Assembly (NCBI RefSeq): GCF_001194135.2
Contig: NC_068985.1
Span: forward strand, 8,682,881-8,734,627
DNA length: 51,747 nt
From: Octopus bimaculoides
Taxonomy: Eukaryota
Reading direction: 5' to 3'
Below are positions 23,831-37,178 of the stretch, one piece after another. How positions within the stretch are numbered: position 1 is the stretch's first letter; each line of letters starts with the position of its first letter. Under the pieces are notes generated by a model, which was given only the letters and a program-made list of their open reading frames with translations, was not told the origin of the DNA and searched no databases. A program made the position numbers and the translations under genes.

Positions 23831-25179
23831 ATACATTCACACAGGCATACGTAGTAGCTAAGACTAGGAGGCACATGTAGGCAAAGATTGCAGGCACATG
23901 CCATACTTGAATATAAAGTTTAAATTATATACATCTTGCATTAATAAAATACTACGAAATATGCAATGTAGTGACGGAAGAACAAGTAGGGAAAAAGAAA
24001 GGAGCTTGGGGTTTGCAGAATGACTCTTCTTCAACAAGCTGTCTTTAAGAAAGCGAAACAGCACCACCGAATCCTTCGTCCTGTATAACTAGATTATAAG
24101 AAAACATTTGACTCTATTCCTTTCTAATGGATAAGAGTGTAAATACGCTTTGCTAAGGCTCCAACTGCTACGGCCAATGCTACTAAGATGCTTACAATAT
24201 GGACTGCATAGTTATGATTAAGAACTAAAGATATCACTATAGTCATAAGCAGAATTAGCTTATCAATAGTAATATTTCAAGTTGGTAGCTTTGCATTCTT
24301 GCAGTAAACACCTTGTAGTCTCTCTTAGGGAGATACAAAGACTACCTGACAGGATCTGAAAATGAAAGAACGATTGATGTCGCACACATGTCTTTTGTGT
24401 ATTACTCTATTTGAGTAATATCAATCACACCAAGTAACAGTCACATCAGATCTCAACATTCTCATCGGATTCCATAGGAATGGAGTTTGGCCAAGAAAAT
24501 ATTTGCTAGTCAAACTACGAAAGACTGTTGATCAGGCAAGGGATATGAATATCAATGGCTTATCTAACACTCCTATTGACAGTGATGAATGTTATTATTA
24601 TCACGAAATTGACAGGAATAGTGAATATATTAGTACTGTGAGTAAAAATATCATATTCCACAACTTATACATTTTAAAAATTTGTAACCAATTATAAACT
24701 CCTAAGATTCTAAATTTGAAAACCTGATACCTAAAAGGGCAATTGACACTTCAGAGAGTCTAAGAGGAAACAGCTACAAATGCAGAAATGTTCAAAGTAC
24801 AGCTGTAATTATTAACACTACACTTGTATAAAAATGGTCAACAGCAAACCAATTTAACCAGCATAAATACACTGTTCGTGAGGAACACAAGAAAAAATTA
24901 CACTTCATTATGTAAATATATCTTGTTATACTTGTTAAATAATACCCCATATACTTTTGTTTGGAAAACATTGCCCCACGAGCAACCAAACCAAAGAAAC
25001 AAAAACTCTGGCAACTCTATACCACTGAGTCTAACCGACCAGAATCTCTTATTTAAGAATCAAATACTGGACCGTAATTCAGGGATTGTCAAGTTTAGTT
25101 TCATTCTGCAAACACAAAATATTCAAAATAGTAATAGTCTTTTTTTTTTTTTTGTAGTGGCTAAACATAATAATATCTC

Positions 25180-25450
25180 ATTCACGCAACACTATAGCTC
25201 TGCCGCCTTGTTTTCGTTTTAGGTAGTGACGGTCTACGTCGTTGTCTATGTGGAAATTATGTGTGCCTGTTGGTATCTTCCAGGTTTTCACATCAATGAC
25301 TCGGATCTCATCAGACATCCAATCAAATAACCCGAATGTTAGTATGAACACTAGCACCGTAAACACATTGTGGACCAGTGTTTTATTGAATGCGCAGAGA
25401 ATTAGTATTTTAACTGCTATTTCTAAATTTTCGGTATGTTGGTGAAGCAA
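25180..25450 (-). mobile_element. R4/Dong-like non-LTR retrotransposon RT C-terminal fragment
   Basis: ORF 25178-25450 contains TFGLFDW..EIRVIDVKTWKI..FH..DVDRHYLKRKQGGR, matching the DVDRLYL.RK.GGRGL motif. Confidence 0.75.
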
Positions 25451-25474
25451 CTTTTTTCTGATCCCTTAATTATG

Positions 25475-25596
<122 letters not shown>

Positions 25597-26457
25597 TATA
25601 TTATTAATAAATTCATAAACTCATCAATAATATACTCAGGAAATCAATATTTAATATTTTGAAAGACATACATCCAACATGACACGGCAACATAATAAAT
25701 TTAAAATTCAAAACATAAATATACGAAATATAAATATCAATGTATATAAAAATATATATAAAAATCTGAATATAGCTAAATATATGTGTGAATATATATG
25801 CGTATAAAAATTTATGCGTGAATATTGTAAAGTATATACGTGTGTGTGTATATATGTGTGTTTGCGTGCGTGTGTGTGTGAGTGTGTATGTTGTGTGTGT
25901 GTGTGCGTGCGCGTGTGTTGATAACAATACAAATATAGCACTATGAAAATCGATTAGAATTTCTACAACAAATACTTATTGCGACTGAGATTTTCAATTC
26001 TTACCGTTCCAATTTTTGAATAGGAATCAAGCATACTATTCCTGAAAATGATGTACCGAAACACACCTGTGTACAGAATGGATTATTTCCTTGCTTGACT
26101 GAAGTCTAAACATTAACACAACACCCACTTGAAAACGAACTAATTTTTACAAAAATATCTTTCTATCAAGGGACACCTTGAAAACATACTTTCGTCCTAT
26201 ACTATTCTCTTTCCTTTGCTAATTATTTGTTAAACGTACGTGCACAGAGCATAATTATCATTTCACGTACCTTCACCGATCTCAGAAAAATAGCTTAACA
26301 AAAACTATAGGAATAACCAAAACAAACTGAAATGTAAAACAGTCCAACGAAAGTTAGCAGGCCGAAAGTTTGATGTCACTCGAACCTCTCTATCTGTCTA
26401 TCTATCTAGCTAGATAGATAGCTGAGATACAGGAAAAGATAGATAGATGTCTAGCTT

Positions 26458-26507
<50 letters not shown>

Positions 26508-26520
26508 CATATATCTCTCT

Positions 26521-26917
26521 TTTACTCTTTTAGTCTTTTACCTGTTTCAGTCATTTGCCTGCGGCCATGCTGGAGCACCACATTTAGTCGAGCAAATCTA
26601 CCCTTGGACTTATTATTCATAAGCCTAGTACTTATTCTATCGGTCTCTTTTGCCGAACCGCTAAGTTACACCAGCATCGGTTGTCAAGCGATGTTGGGGG
26701 GGGGACAAACACAGACACACACACACACACACACGCACACACGCACACACATACGACGGGCTTCTTTCAATTTCCGTCTATCGAATCCACTCACAAGGCT
26801 TTCGTCGGCCCGAGGCTATAGTAAAAGACACTTGCCCAAGGTGCCACGCAGTGGGACTGAACCCGGAACCATGTGGTTGGTAAGCGAGCTACTTGCCACA
26901 TAGCCACTCATGCGCCT
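26521..26917 (-). mobile_element. SINE group C, near complete
   Basis: Reverse complement has head GGCTATGTGGCAAGTAGCTCGCTTACCAACCACATGGTTCCGGGTTCAGTCCC, box GGCACCTTGGGCAAGTGTCTT, an internal (GT)n, and tail GGTGCTCCAGCATGGCCGCAG..TGACTGAAAC. Confidence 0.9.
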
Positions 26918-26955
26918 ATATATATAATATATATATATCATAATTAGTATGTGTG

Positions 26956-27003
<48 letters not shown>

Positions 27004-27009
27004 TGTAAT

Positions 27010-27047
<38 letters not shown>

Positions 27048-27805
27048 GTGACTGTGTGTTGATAGATAGGTAAGTAGATAGATAGATAGATAGATAGATA
27101 GCTATCAAGACTTCACAATGTCATTAGCCATATATTTTCTAAGCTTTGTGAAAGAAAGCACACCCAGCACAAGCTTTCTACTATTTTATTTGTTTATTTT
27201 ACTTCTTTTTTCTTCTCTAAATTCTTGAAATGATTCAATATTCATGGAATATTATTTGCCGTAATATGTACATTCAAAAATATGCATAAATTTGTGAATG
27301 TGTAATAAAATGTTTTTCTTCATTATAATGTCCTATTTAAATGTAGATGTGATGACATGTGCATTAATTTACTGGAATATTTAATATCTTATTAATTTAC
27401 AAAATTCAAATTGTAAATATACGCTAAATCGCTTTATGATATTGTAAATAGCACTATTATAAAACTAATATTACATAATAGATTTTTATAACTTTTCTTA
27501 TGGAATCTGAATTTCGTGACAATAGTTAGACAAGGAAATAATATGAAGGAAATACGATTAAACTGTATAGATGAAAGCAACAAATAATGGATTATAATTG
27601 AACAGCTTGTCATTTAGGAATTTAAATATAGCAGATTACATGATGAGAAATGTTATACATTCTTGTTCCAGTCATATAATATATGATTAACTGTTGTAAT
27701 GTTTATTCTTTACGTGATTTTATAAAACAAAAAAATAGGCTTAAATTGAAGAAAATTGATTTCCCTTAAACGAGCATAAATTAGCGCCATTGCAGTTAAA
27801 GCTCT

Positions 27806-27846
<41 letters not shown>

Positions 27847-29047
27847 NNNNNNNNNNNNNNNNNNNNNNNNNNNNNNNNNNNNNNNNNNNNNNNNNNNNNN
27901 NNNNNNNNNNNNNNNNNNNNNNNNNNNNNNNNNNNNNNNNNNNNNNNNNNNNNNNNNNNNNNNNNNNNNNNNNNNNNNNNNNNNNNNNNNNNNNNNNNNN
28001 NNNNNNNNNNNTATATATATGCGAGTAAAAATAAATACAAAAAAGGGGTTTTTTTTGTATGATTGTGTATAGAGGGATATATTATTTTGTTTAAAAGAGT
28101 TCCAACACTGTCTGTTTTTTATGTTTTATTTATATTCCTGCAGAACCAATGTGGGGTATAGAATATGGAATATACAATATATAATATAAAATAAAATAAA
28201 ATAAAAATGGATGGCACCATGAAATAAAGTATTGAATGTAGATGAAATATTGAGTGTTCAATATAAAGGATCAACTATAAAAATATATAAGTATATAAAG
28301 GCGACTCGAGTTTGAGGGCTATCTCCCTTCGTCATGGCCGGTATGACAGACTAAATATATATATATAGTATGAAAATAACGGATTCCAAATCGTATAGAG
28401 AAAATCACTGTCCCATTAATCAATGAATGATCATCGTTAGATTTCGTTCGAGATTATTCTACTATAAAACTCTATTTTCGATTAGATGTAAGCTGTAACT
28501 AAGTAGACTTATACTTAAATGTTCTCCAATTGAATTATTCAAGTTTTACATCAGGAGTAGTCTGTCCCGCCAGAACAGAATTGAGCCAATGCTGTTGCTT
28601 CTGGAGAGATGTTAAGCGTACAGAAAAAGAATAAAACGTTGCAGATTATTCGTGAGTGAAAAGACACTCATATTTAAGAACCTTAATAAATTTTCAGATT
28701 AATTAGATATCAAATGAGCAATCTTTCTTAAATGTCTCCACTTCCAGAATATCGACTGAAATACTAGAGGATTATACTGCCATATTGAATACATCAATAG
28801 CCTGCCATATTGAATGCATTAATCAATATTTAAAGCATTTTGATAGGGTCTACGTTTCTTGATGATCGTCCACGTGATGTCAAATGGAATCGCATTGTTT
28901 TATTGGTTTTTCTTCATTTTAAATTCCTGAATGGAAACCTATCATTGAAGTATCGTTATTTATATTTAAAGCTTTTCATAGCTATGTGGTGCTCACCCAT
29001 GCTCTTATAACTGATTTGGCGGAAGTGACTTTCGGCTTGCAGACGAC

Positions 29048-29280
29048 GGCGGCGAGCTGGCAGAAACGTTAGCACGCTGGGTGCGATGCTTATCGGTATT
29101 TCATCTGCAGTTACGTTCTGAGTTCAAATTCCGCCGAGGTCGACTTTGCCTTTCATCCTTTCGGGGTCGGTAAATTAAGTACCAGTTACGTTCTGGGGTC
29201 GGTGTAATCGACTTAATCCCTTTGTCTGTCCTTGTTTGTCCCATCTATGTTTAGCCCCTTGTGAGCAATAAAGAAATAAG
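29048..29280 (+). mobile_element. SINE group B, tail variant 2
   Basis: Group B head and core; tail TTAATCCCTTTGTCTGTCC...AATAAAGAAATAAG. Confidence 0.9.
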
Positions 29281-29423
29281 ATGACCGTTTTAGTGCTTTG
29301 CAACTGATTAAGTGAGGATCCATTTGTTATTAGCTTCGACAAATCTATTGAGTTTGCGTATCAATATTTTTTTTTCATGTTGCGGTACAGCTGTAACTCA
29401 TCAATATTATTTTCATTAAATGT

Positions 29424-29644
29424 AAGTTGGTGAGCTGGCTGATTCGTTACGATGCCGGGTATAATGCTTAGCGATATTTCCTCCATACTTTCGTTCAGGG
29501 TTCAAACACCGCTGAGGTCGACTTCAACTTTTATCCTTTCGAAGTCGATGAAATAAACACCAGTTGAACACTGAGGTCGATGTGATTACCCTATACATTC
29601 CCCTGAATTTATTGGCCTTGTGCCAAATTTCGAAACCAATATTA
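29424..29644 (+). mobile_element. SINE group B, older copy, tail variant 1
   Basis: Degenerate head and core; tail GGCCTTGTGCCAAATTTCGAAACC. Confidence 0.75.
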
Positions 29645-30208
29645 CTTGCGCTAAATAGCTTACTGAATGATACAGAAAAACAACATTAAATAGACTTTCA
29701 CTAGTTTGAAACATTTTGTTAAAATAAGGGATCCTGGCAGCAATGTTTTTGAATACTATAGTTGTTGGGGACTTTAGAATTAGATAAAGATCCTAGTTTA
29801 TAAATTCAATACAAATACAGACCGAAACCTCACGCGAAGGCTCTATCAGGAAATATTCTAATAAAATCTTTGTTGTAATTAAAACGTGATGAATAAAGTA
29901 CCGGGGTCGATCTAGTTGATTAAAACGTTTGGTGCCGATACGTTAGTATGGCACTTATCTAATAATTAAAACGAGAAAATATAATAAACTTCCCGTATTG
30001 TCACCAAGTCTTAATAAAATTAATGATTTCATTATATTATTTTCTATTCTGATAACGCTTTCTCTAGAAATTACGGTGTGCATTTCAATTGATTCTATAT
30101 AGTAGTGCATAGCAAGCCGGCCTTATTTACATTCAGTCTACCTCATAGAGTATTTGATTAAGAAAAGTTTGCGGTTTGAAGGTTAATTTGGGTATAAATT
30201 GTTAGCAA

Positions 30209-30362
30209 GGCTATGTGGTAAGTAGCTTGTTTACCAACCACATGGTTCTGAGTTCAGTCCCATTGCGTGGCACGTCGAGCAAGTGTCTTCTACTATAGCC
30301 TTGGGCCAACCAAAGCCTTGTGAGTGGATTTGGTAGACGAAAACTGAAAGAAGCACGTCGTA

Positions 30363-30410
<48 letters not shown>

Positions 30411-30416
30411 TATACG

Positions 30417-30466
<50 letters not shown>

Positions 30467-30714
30467 CATACATATATGTATGTATATGTGTGTTTGTGTG
30501 TATGCTTCTAGTTCTGTGTTTGTCCCCCCATCGTCGCTTGACAACCGATGCTGGTGTGTTTACGTCCCCGTAACAGTAGCGGTTCGGCAAAAGAGACCGA
30601 TAGAATAAATACCAGGTTTAGAAAGAGTAAGTTCTGGGGTCGATTTGTTCAACTAAAGGTGGTGCTCCAGTATGGCCGCAGTCAAATAACTGAAACAAGT
30701 AAAAGAATAAGAGA
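30209..30714 (+). mobile_element. SINE group C, complete, with expanded internal (CA)n(TA)n
   Basis: Head, AAAGCCTTGTGAGTGGATTTGGTAGACG, microsatellite at about 30365-30500, and tail GGTGCTCCAGTATGGCCGCAG..CTGAAACAAGTAAAAG. Confidence 0.92.
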
Positions 30715-30925
30715 ATGCTCCGTAGATAATTCCTGCAAATGGTTCCACGACTTTCAAAATTGTATCTCGACAGTTCGGAATTTCATTCTATCCCTCTCAC
30801 CCTCAAAGCAGAAATACGTAAGAGCCATTTGTAGGAATTTGTTATCAGTATTATAAAAATGCAAATTTACATTGAATTGTAGTAATTTGTATATATTACT
30901 TAACGTGTATATATTGTAGAAATCT

Positions 30926-31290
30926 TGTGGTACTCCGTCGGTTACGACGACGAGGATTCCAGTTGATCCGTTCAACGGAACAGCTTGCTCGTGAAATTAA
31001 CGTGCAAGTGGTTGAGCACTCCAGAGACACGTGTACCCTAAAGATAGTTCTCGGTGAGGTTCAGTGTGACACAGAGTGTGACAAGGCTGGCCCTTTGAAT
31101 TGCAGATACAACAGAAACAAGAAGAAAGAGTGAGAGAAACTTGTGGTGAAAGCGTACAGTAGGTTTCGCCATCACCCCGTGCCGGATCCTCGTGTAGTAC
31201 TCAGCCACTGGCACATTAATTTCACGTACATGTTGTTCCGTTGATGGGATGAACTGGAACCCTTGTCGTCGCAAGTGACGGAGTACCACA
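30926..31290. mobile_element. rearranged SINE group A: headless minus copy followed by an inverted tail
   Basis: 30926-31195 is group A 3' sequence on the minus strand; about 31195-31290 is the same tail on the plus strand. Confidence 0.85.
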
Positions 31291-32179
31291 CTATATCCAA
31301 GTTAAGTAAAATGTATAGAATGCTATTTTGAAATAATACTACTTTCGTCGACAATGAAGGACTTATGACAATATTATTCTTTAAAATAAGGAAGCTAGGC
31401 TAACTAAAAATAAAGAAAGGGAAAAAATAAGGTAAACTAAACAACCCACGGCAAAACTCAACGTTCTCTCCTCACGCTTATAGAGCCACAATGTAGAATA
31501 TATCTGAGCAAAAGATACTGCTTCGATAAGACCCTCCATCTTCTCTTCGAGAATTTAATAGTTAAATATGAGTTAAATAAGTTGCTGAGTTTGTTTCGCT
31601 TCTATTTCCACGGATTTGTTTTACATTTTACCTGCTACTGGCCCTCCCCTTTCAACCAACTCTATCTCACAATCTTTCATATATATTCTACATTTATTCT
31701 TTGCTTGATTGCATTAATTATCAGATTATAAGAACGGTATGCATCTGATTAGTGGTATGTGTACACACAGGCACACACACAGACACAAATTATATATATA
31801 TATATAATTACAATAACAAATGATCATTTTTGTTTAAAATTTTATCAGTGGTCAGCATATAAAAAAAGACCAACGAAGGTGAAATTATATATATGGTGAT
31901 AATTAAGGGCATTGAAAGAAATGTTCTGGCCTATATGCTGAATAATAGACGCTAAATCGTCTAATCACTTAATAAGTCACGAAGATAAAGCAAGCTAACG
32001 GAAATTAATAACAATATAGACAGCTCTGGATTAGTTAATTTCTGGATTTGCCCAATGGGTTTTCCTTCTTCAACACGTGTGTATCTTTGTGACTTTTTAA
32101 GTGGTGAGACGATTTAGTGTCTATTTTTCAACAAATAGGCTAGAAAATTTCTTTCTGTACTCTTAATTATAATTATAAT

Positions 32180-32246
<67 letters not shown>

Positions 32247-33522
32247 ATTAAGATTTTATACATAATTGTATGAGCGGGAAAAATCAAAACTTAACGATCA
32301 ACACTGATTTTTTCTCGGGGCTGGACTGATCATTCCTGAAAAGACAACTAGAGGCGAAACTCGATGTAGATTATTAAACCGGGACAATACAGTATCCAAT
32401 GTACCCAACACATCCAATTGTATATGACGGAATGAGAAAAATACATGTTTATACACATTATAACACTTGGATGGCTATATATTTGGTATATATTCATTAA
32501 GATGGAGATCAACATTACCTTTTGGTATTAATACTGCTTCTACGCTATTAATTATATATATATATATATATATATACACTTAAACGCACAGACATACGCA
32601 CAAACACACACGCGCACGTTTATATGTATATATATATATATATATATCGTACGGTATAATATTGTATTGTATTATGTTCTGTGTTACACTGACAACCACG
32701 CTTGATAATGTAACTAAATGAATATTTACTCGGAAATTACAATTTTGTTTTCTTTTTAAGCACTAAGTCAGACCAAAATCATATTTTATCACAGTAACCG
32801 ATGAAATTAGCTCATATAGTTTAATGTTTTCTTTTGCGTCTCCCACATTAAACTGCCAACCAATACAGCATGCCGTTGCTAGAATTAGAGAACTGGAGCG
32901 TAGGACATAAACTAAACAATGTATTTAAAATATCCGCTCGACTTTTTATGATGATAGGGGAAAATGTTTTGAGATTTATGTTGGTTATAACAATAGGAAC
33001 TGCTTTTATAGACTACAGACTATATCTCTGAATGTTTATCTAATGCTTTATCTACAGATAGATGTAAAACCCTTCTTTTATATATAATGTTATGAAGGGT
33101 ATCAAACGAGTGATCAACCAGATTAGATTAAAATCCGTGTTGGAGTTTTATGAGCGTCGGTGTACTTATGTAACCGGATGTAAAATTGATACAACTAAAC
33201 AATAATCATAAAACTGCTTCTGCAAGGCTATGATGGCTTTAAATAATAATGTAAGCAAACATAGCAATGATGAAATATCACTGCAAAAGTGTCTTCTATT
33301 GTAGTCCCGAGCAGACCAAAGCGTTGTGAGTGGATTTGCTGGAGGGAAACAGAACTCTTCAAAGCAGTAATCCAAGATGGCTGCAGTTAAATGACTGAAA
33401 CACGTAAAAATATATTTTTAAAAATTGGCGACTGAAGACGACGGAAAATCAAAACAACGAATAGATTATGGATTCTTGGGTGAAGAATCTATTTTGTTTC
33501 TAGTATGAAATTGCATAGGTAA

Positions 33523-33750
33523 GTGAAGGGGCGTGCTCTAGTGGCTATGGTGCTGCGCGTAATCGAGTGGTTAAGGTTTCGATTCCCAGGCGGAGCGGCG
33601 CGTTGTGTTCTTAAGTAGGACACTCTATTTCAACTTGCTCCAGCCCCCTCAGCTGTAAATAAGAAACCCTGTAATTGAATGGTATCCCGTTCAGGATAAG
33701 GATTGTGATCTCAGTCGCTTATTTACCTTGAAAACAGGGTAACCAGCCAA
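33523..33750 (+). mobile_element. SINE group D-like: tRNA head, CORE-like box, different tail
   Basis: GTGAAGG head, TGTGTTCTTAAGTAGGACACT..TTGCTCCAG box as in 20371, then AACCCTGTAATTGAATGGTATCCCGTTCAGG, reminiscent of a V-SINE-like domain. Confidence 0.6.
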
Positions 33751-33824
33751 ATGAGTGCTGCGACCCGAATACAGTGATATGTCCACGAAAATACTTGATC
33801 TCAAAAATAGCAAAAACATTAAAG

Positions 33825-34080
33825 AATTACATATCTTTTAAGAAGTCATGTAACCACTCTCCTAGGTTTCCTACTATGCCGAGTCTCCGTTGCTTGTGAC
33901 ATATCATCCCATGATCGACCTTATCAAAGGCCTTTGCAAAATCAGTCATAATACTGCAAAAGGTGTGAAAGGTAGCTTCTTCCTGAGCAGAAACCATGCT
34001 GTGTCTGAGAGCAAGTCACTATCTTGTAAGAGCATGATCAACTTCCTCCTGTCAGTGCGTTCCATAACTTTACGACTCGC
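33825..34080 (-). mobile_element. CR1-like LINE RT domains 1-3 fragment
   Basis: Minus translation gives KVMER..QHGFCSGRSYLSHLLQYYD/DFAKAFDKVDHG..LGIVGNLGEWLHDFL. Confidence 0.88.
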
Positions 34081-34220
34081 TTCTTTCAGTTCCCGTCTAC
34101 TAAATTCATTCACAAAGTTTTGGTCGGCCTCAGGCTATAGTAAAACACCTGCCCTAGGTGGCACACTGGACAATGTGGTTGGGAAGCAAGCTTCTTACCA
34201 CACAGCTACGCCTGCACCTA
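34081..34220 (-). mobile_element. SINE group C 5' half
   Basis: Reverse complement reads GCTGTGTGGTAAGAAGCTTGCTTCCCAACCAC...TATAGCCTGAGGCCGACC...GTAGACGGGAACTGAAAGAAG. Confidence 0.8.
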
Positions 34221-34380
34221 TATTTACACATGCGCGCGCACGCGCACACACGATAGCTCATGTATGCGCTAAGGCGCACACACACACAAATGCGCATATA
34301 TATACATATGTATGTTTGTGAATATATATACATATATATATACGTGTGTTATATACATACATACTTATACATATATACAT

Positions 34381-34438
<58 letters not shown>

Positions 34439-34914
34439 GTACATGTGCACACACAAACATATATATAAAATAATATTATATATATATATATATATCAATC
34501 AATTGTATACGTTTCACTTTCAGAAGCTGTTTATATAGAAACGTCTCTGAAGAAAAATTTATCAGAAAAAGTAATTACATAACACCTCGGGCCTATTATT
34601 TAGCGAAGCGGGAAGAATTACAGCATCAAAACTGCATGAAATATATAAACAAATTATCAACATTGTTTGGAGCACATTAACAGGTTGCTTTAAGAACACT
34701 CTAACCCACTGTCTATGTAGAAATATGCGAAATATTGAAAACCAAAACAAGAAGAAGCCTCTAATATTCTACTGCGGGATGTTTTCGAAATAGAAAGTAA
34801 AGAAAATTTTGTATTGCATTTGAAAACTGGGATTTAGCAGAGTCACGTGCCCTTGTTTGGGATGTTGGAACTTAATGCTCCAAAGGAAGGAAGACGACTC
34901 AGTAAAAGACTTCG

Positions 34915-34943
34915 ACTGCTACTGCTGCTGATACTACTAGTAT

Positions 34944-34979
<36 letters not shown>

Positions 34980-35020
34980 GACTACGACTACTACTACTAG
35001 TGATACTGCTGCTGCTGTTA
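34915..35020. repeat. (CTA)n/(CTG)n trinucleotide tract
   Basis: Directly visible; explains the poly-L and poly-S ORFs. Confidence 0.9.
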
Positions 35021-35168
35021 TTGTTTAATGCACCAGTTCTCTGTGGAATCTCTGTTGTGCCTTCCTTGCGAAAATATTTCATTTTGGAATCTATATCTTT
35101 TCTCCGTTTTACATAGAATGAATTGTTTTGTTTATTTCTGAAGACTTCCTAGTACGTAATAGTTTTTA

Positions 35169-35430
<262 letters not shown>

Positions 35431-35539
35431 AGTTTGTTTGTCCGTCTGTCCATCTAACTACCTTTTCACCTCTCTCAATACATATATATTATATGCAACA
35501 AAACCTATTCGGGCTACAATACAATATCTCTGAATTCTG

Positions 35540-35778
35540 ACCACTTCATCTGCTTGTTTCCTTGCATTCACATCTATCAAAATTTCATCAAACAACTACT
35601 AGAAGCGACGGAGTACCATTGCAGTGATTCTGCCATCAATGTTTATTCCTGGTATTGCTGTAAAGTTATTAAACTGTGAAGAGTGTTGCCTAACGCTTTC
35701 GAAATTCCCAGCATCAGAATCTTCATCGGAGGAGAAAGTACTGCTCTCTGAAGATATGTCATTATTAGAGTCTTCGAG
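35540..35778 (-). mobile_element. possible piggyBac-type transposase N-terminal fragment
   Basis: Acidic SSDEDSD followed by FTAIPGINI..F**LFDEIL loosely resembles PGBD N-termini; weak similarity only. Confidence 0.25.
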
Positions 35779-35993
35779 AAGGCGGCGAGCTGGCAGAATC
35801 GTTAGCACGCCGGGCGAAATGCTAAGCAGTATTTTGTCTGTCTTTACGTTCTGAGTTCAAATTCCGCCGAAGTTGACTTTGCCTTTCATCCTTTGGGGGT
35901 CGATAAATTAAGTACCAGTTGCGTACTGGGGTCGATCAAATCGATTGGCTTCCTCCCAAAATATTTTTGGCCTCGTGCCTAGAGTGGAAAAAA
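35779..35993 (+). mobile_element. SINE group B, tail variant 1
   Basis: Collinear with 13181-13391. Confidence 0.9.
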
Positions 35994-36001
35994 TAATTCT
36001 T

Positions 36002-36186
36002 AAGGCGGCGAGCCGGAAGAAACGTTAGCACGCCGGGCGAAATGCTTAGCGGTATTTCGTCTGCCGCTACGTTTTGAGTTCAAATTCCGCCGAGGTTGAC
36101 TTTGCCTTTCGTCCTTTCGAGGTCGATAAATTAAGTACCAGTTACTCACTGGGGTCGATATAATCGACTTAATCCGTTTGTCTGTT
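36002..36186 (+). mobile_element. SINE group B, tail variant 2, 3'-truncated
   Basis: Collinear with 29048-29230. Confidence 0.9.
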
Positions 36187-36205
36187 CACACTCAAATTTT
36201 AGGAA

Positions 36206-36298
36206 GGGATTAAGTCGATTACATGGACATCAGTGTGTAAGTGGTATTTGCTTAATCGAATCCGAAAGGTTGAAAGGCAAAGTCGTCCTCGGCAGAAT
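36206..36298 (-). mobile_element. SINE group B core fragment, inverted
   Basis: GGATTAAGTCGATTAC...GAAAGGCAAAGTCGTCCTCGGC is the reverse complement of the group B core. Confidence 0.8.
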
Positions 36299-36475
36299 GT
36301 TAAAGACAAAAATAGAATAATAAAAAATAAAAATAAAAGGTAATAATATAATAAAAATAAATTTAAATAAATGCTAAAGTAACTGAAATAAAATGAAAAT
36401 AATGTAAAATAAAAATATATACGAGTAAGATAAAAATTAAAAAAAACTAAATATAAATAATAATAGAAATGAAAA

Positions 36476-36623
36476 TAACTTAGTGGTTCGGCAAAAGAGA
36501 CTGATAGAATAAGTTCTAGGCACCCAAAGAATAAGTCCTGGGGTCGATTTGCTCGACTAAAGACGCTACTCCAGCATGGCCGCAATCAAATGACAGAAAC
36601 AAGTAAAAGAGTAAAGAGTAAAA
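36476..36623 (+). mobile_element. SINE group C 3' half
   Basis: GGTTCGGCAAAAGAGAC..GATAGAATAAG..CTGGGGTCGATTTGCTCGACT..CTCCAGCATGGCCGCA..GAAACAAGTAAAAGAG. Confidence 0.88.
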
Positions 36624-36685
36624 ATTTACATAAAATTAAGGCCGTTATAAATATGGATGTTTATTGTTTATGTTAATTTGTGTGT

Positions 36686-36716
<31 letters not shown>

Positions 36717-36790
36717 CGTGTGCGCATATGGATATTTATTTGTTTAGTTGATTTATGTGTGTGTGTGTGTGTATATATTCATGTTAATAA

Positions 36791-37178
36791 TTGTTGTTGG
36801 CACTCCGTCGCTTACGACATCGAGGGTTCCAGTTGATCCGATCAACGGAACAGCCTGCTCGTGAAATTAACGTGCAAGTGGCTGAGCACTCCACAGACAC
36901 GTGTACCCTTAACGTAGTTCTCGGGGATATTCAGCGTGACACAGAGTGTGACAAGGCTGACCCTTTGAATTACAGGCACAACAGAAACAGGAAGTAAGAG
37001 TGAGAGAAAGTTGTGGTGAAAAAGTACAGCAGGGTTCGCCACCATCCCCTGCCGGAGTCTCGTGGAACTTAAGGTGTCTTCACTCAATAAACACTCACAA
37101 TGTCCTGTCTGGGAATCGAAACCGCGATCCTATGAACGCGAGTCCGCTGCCCTAACCACTGGGCCATTGCGCCTCCAC
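36791..37178 (-). mobile_element. SINE group A, complete
   Basis: Full length; TSD-like ATGTTAATAA (36781) and ATGTTAGTAA (37179). Confidence 0.93.

Noticed and set aside
33430-33460. CTGAAGA-CGAC-GGAA-AATC-AAAAC hammerhead-like string
   Set aside because: The stem does not pair and GAAA is mutated; compatible with chance.
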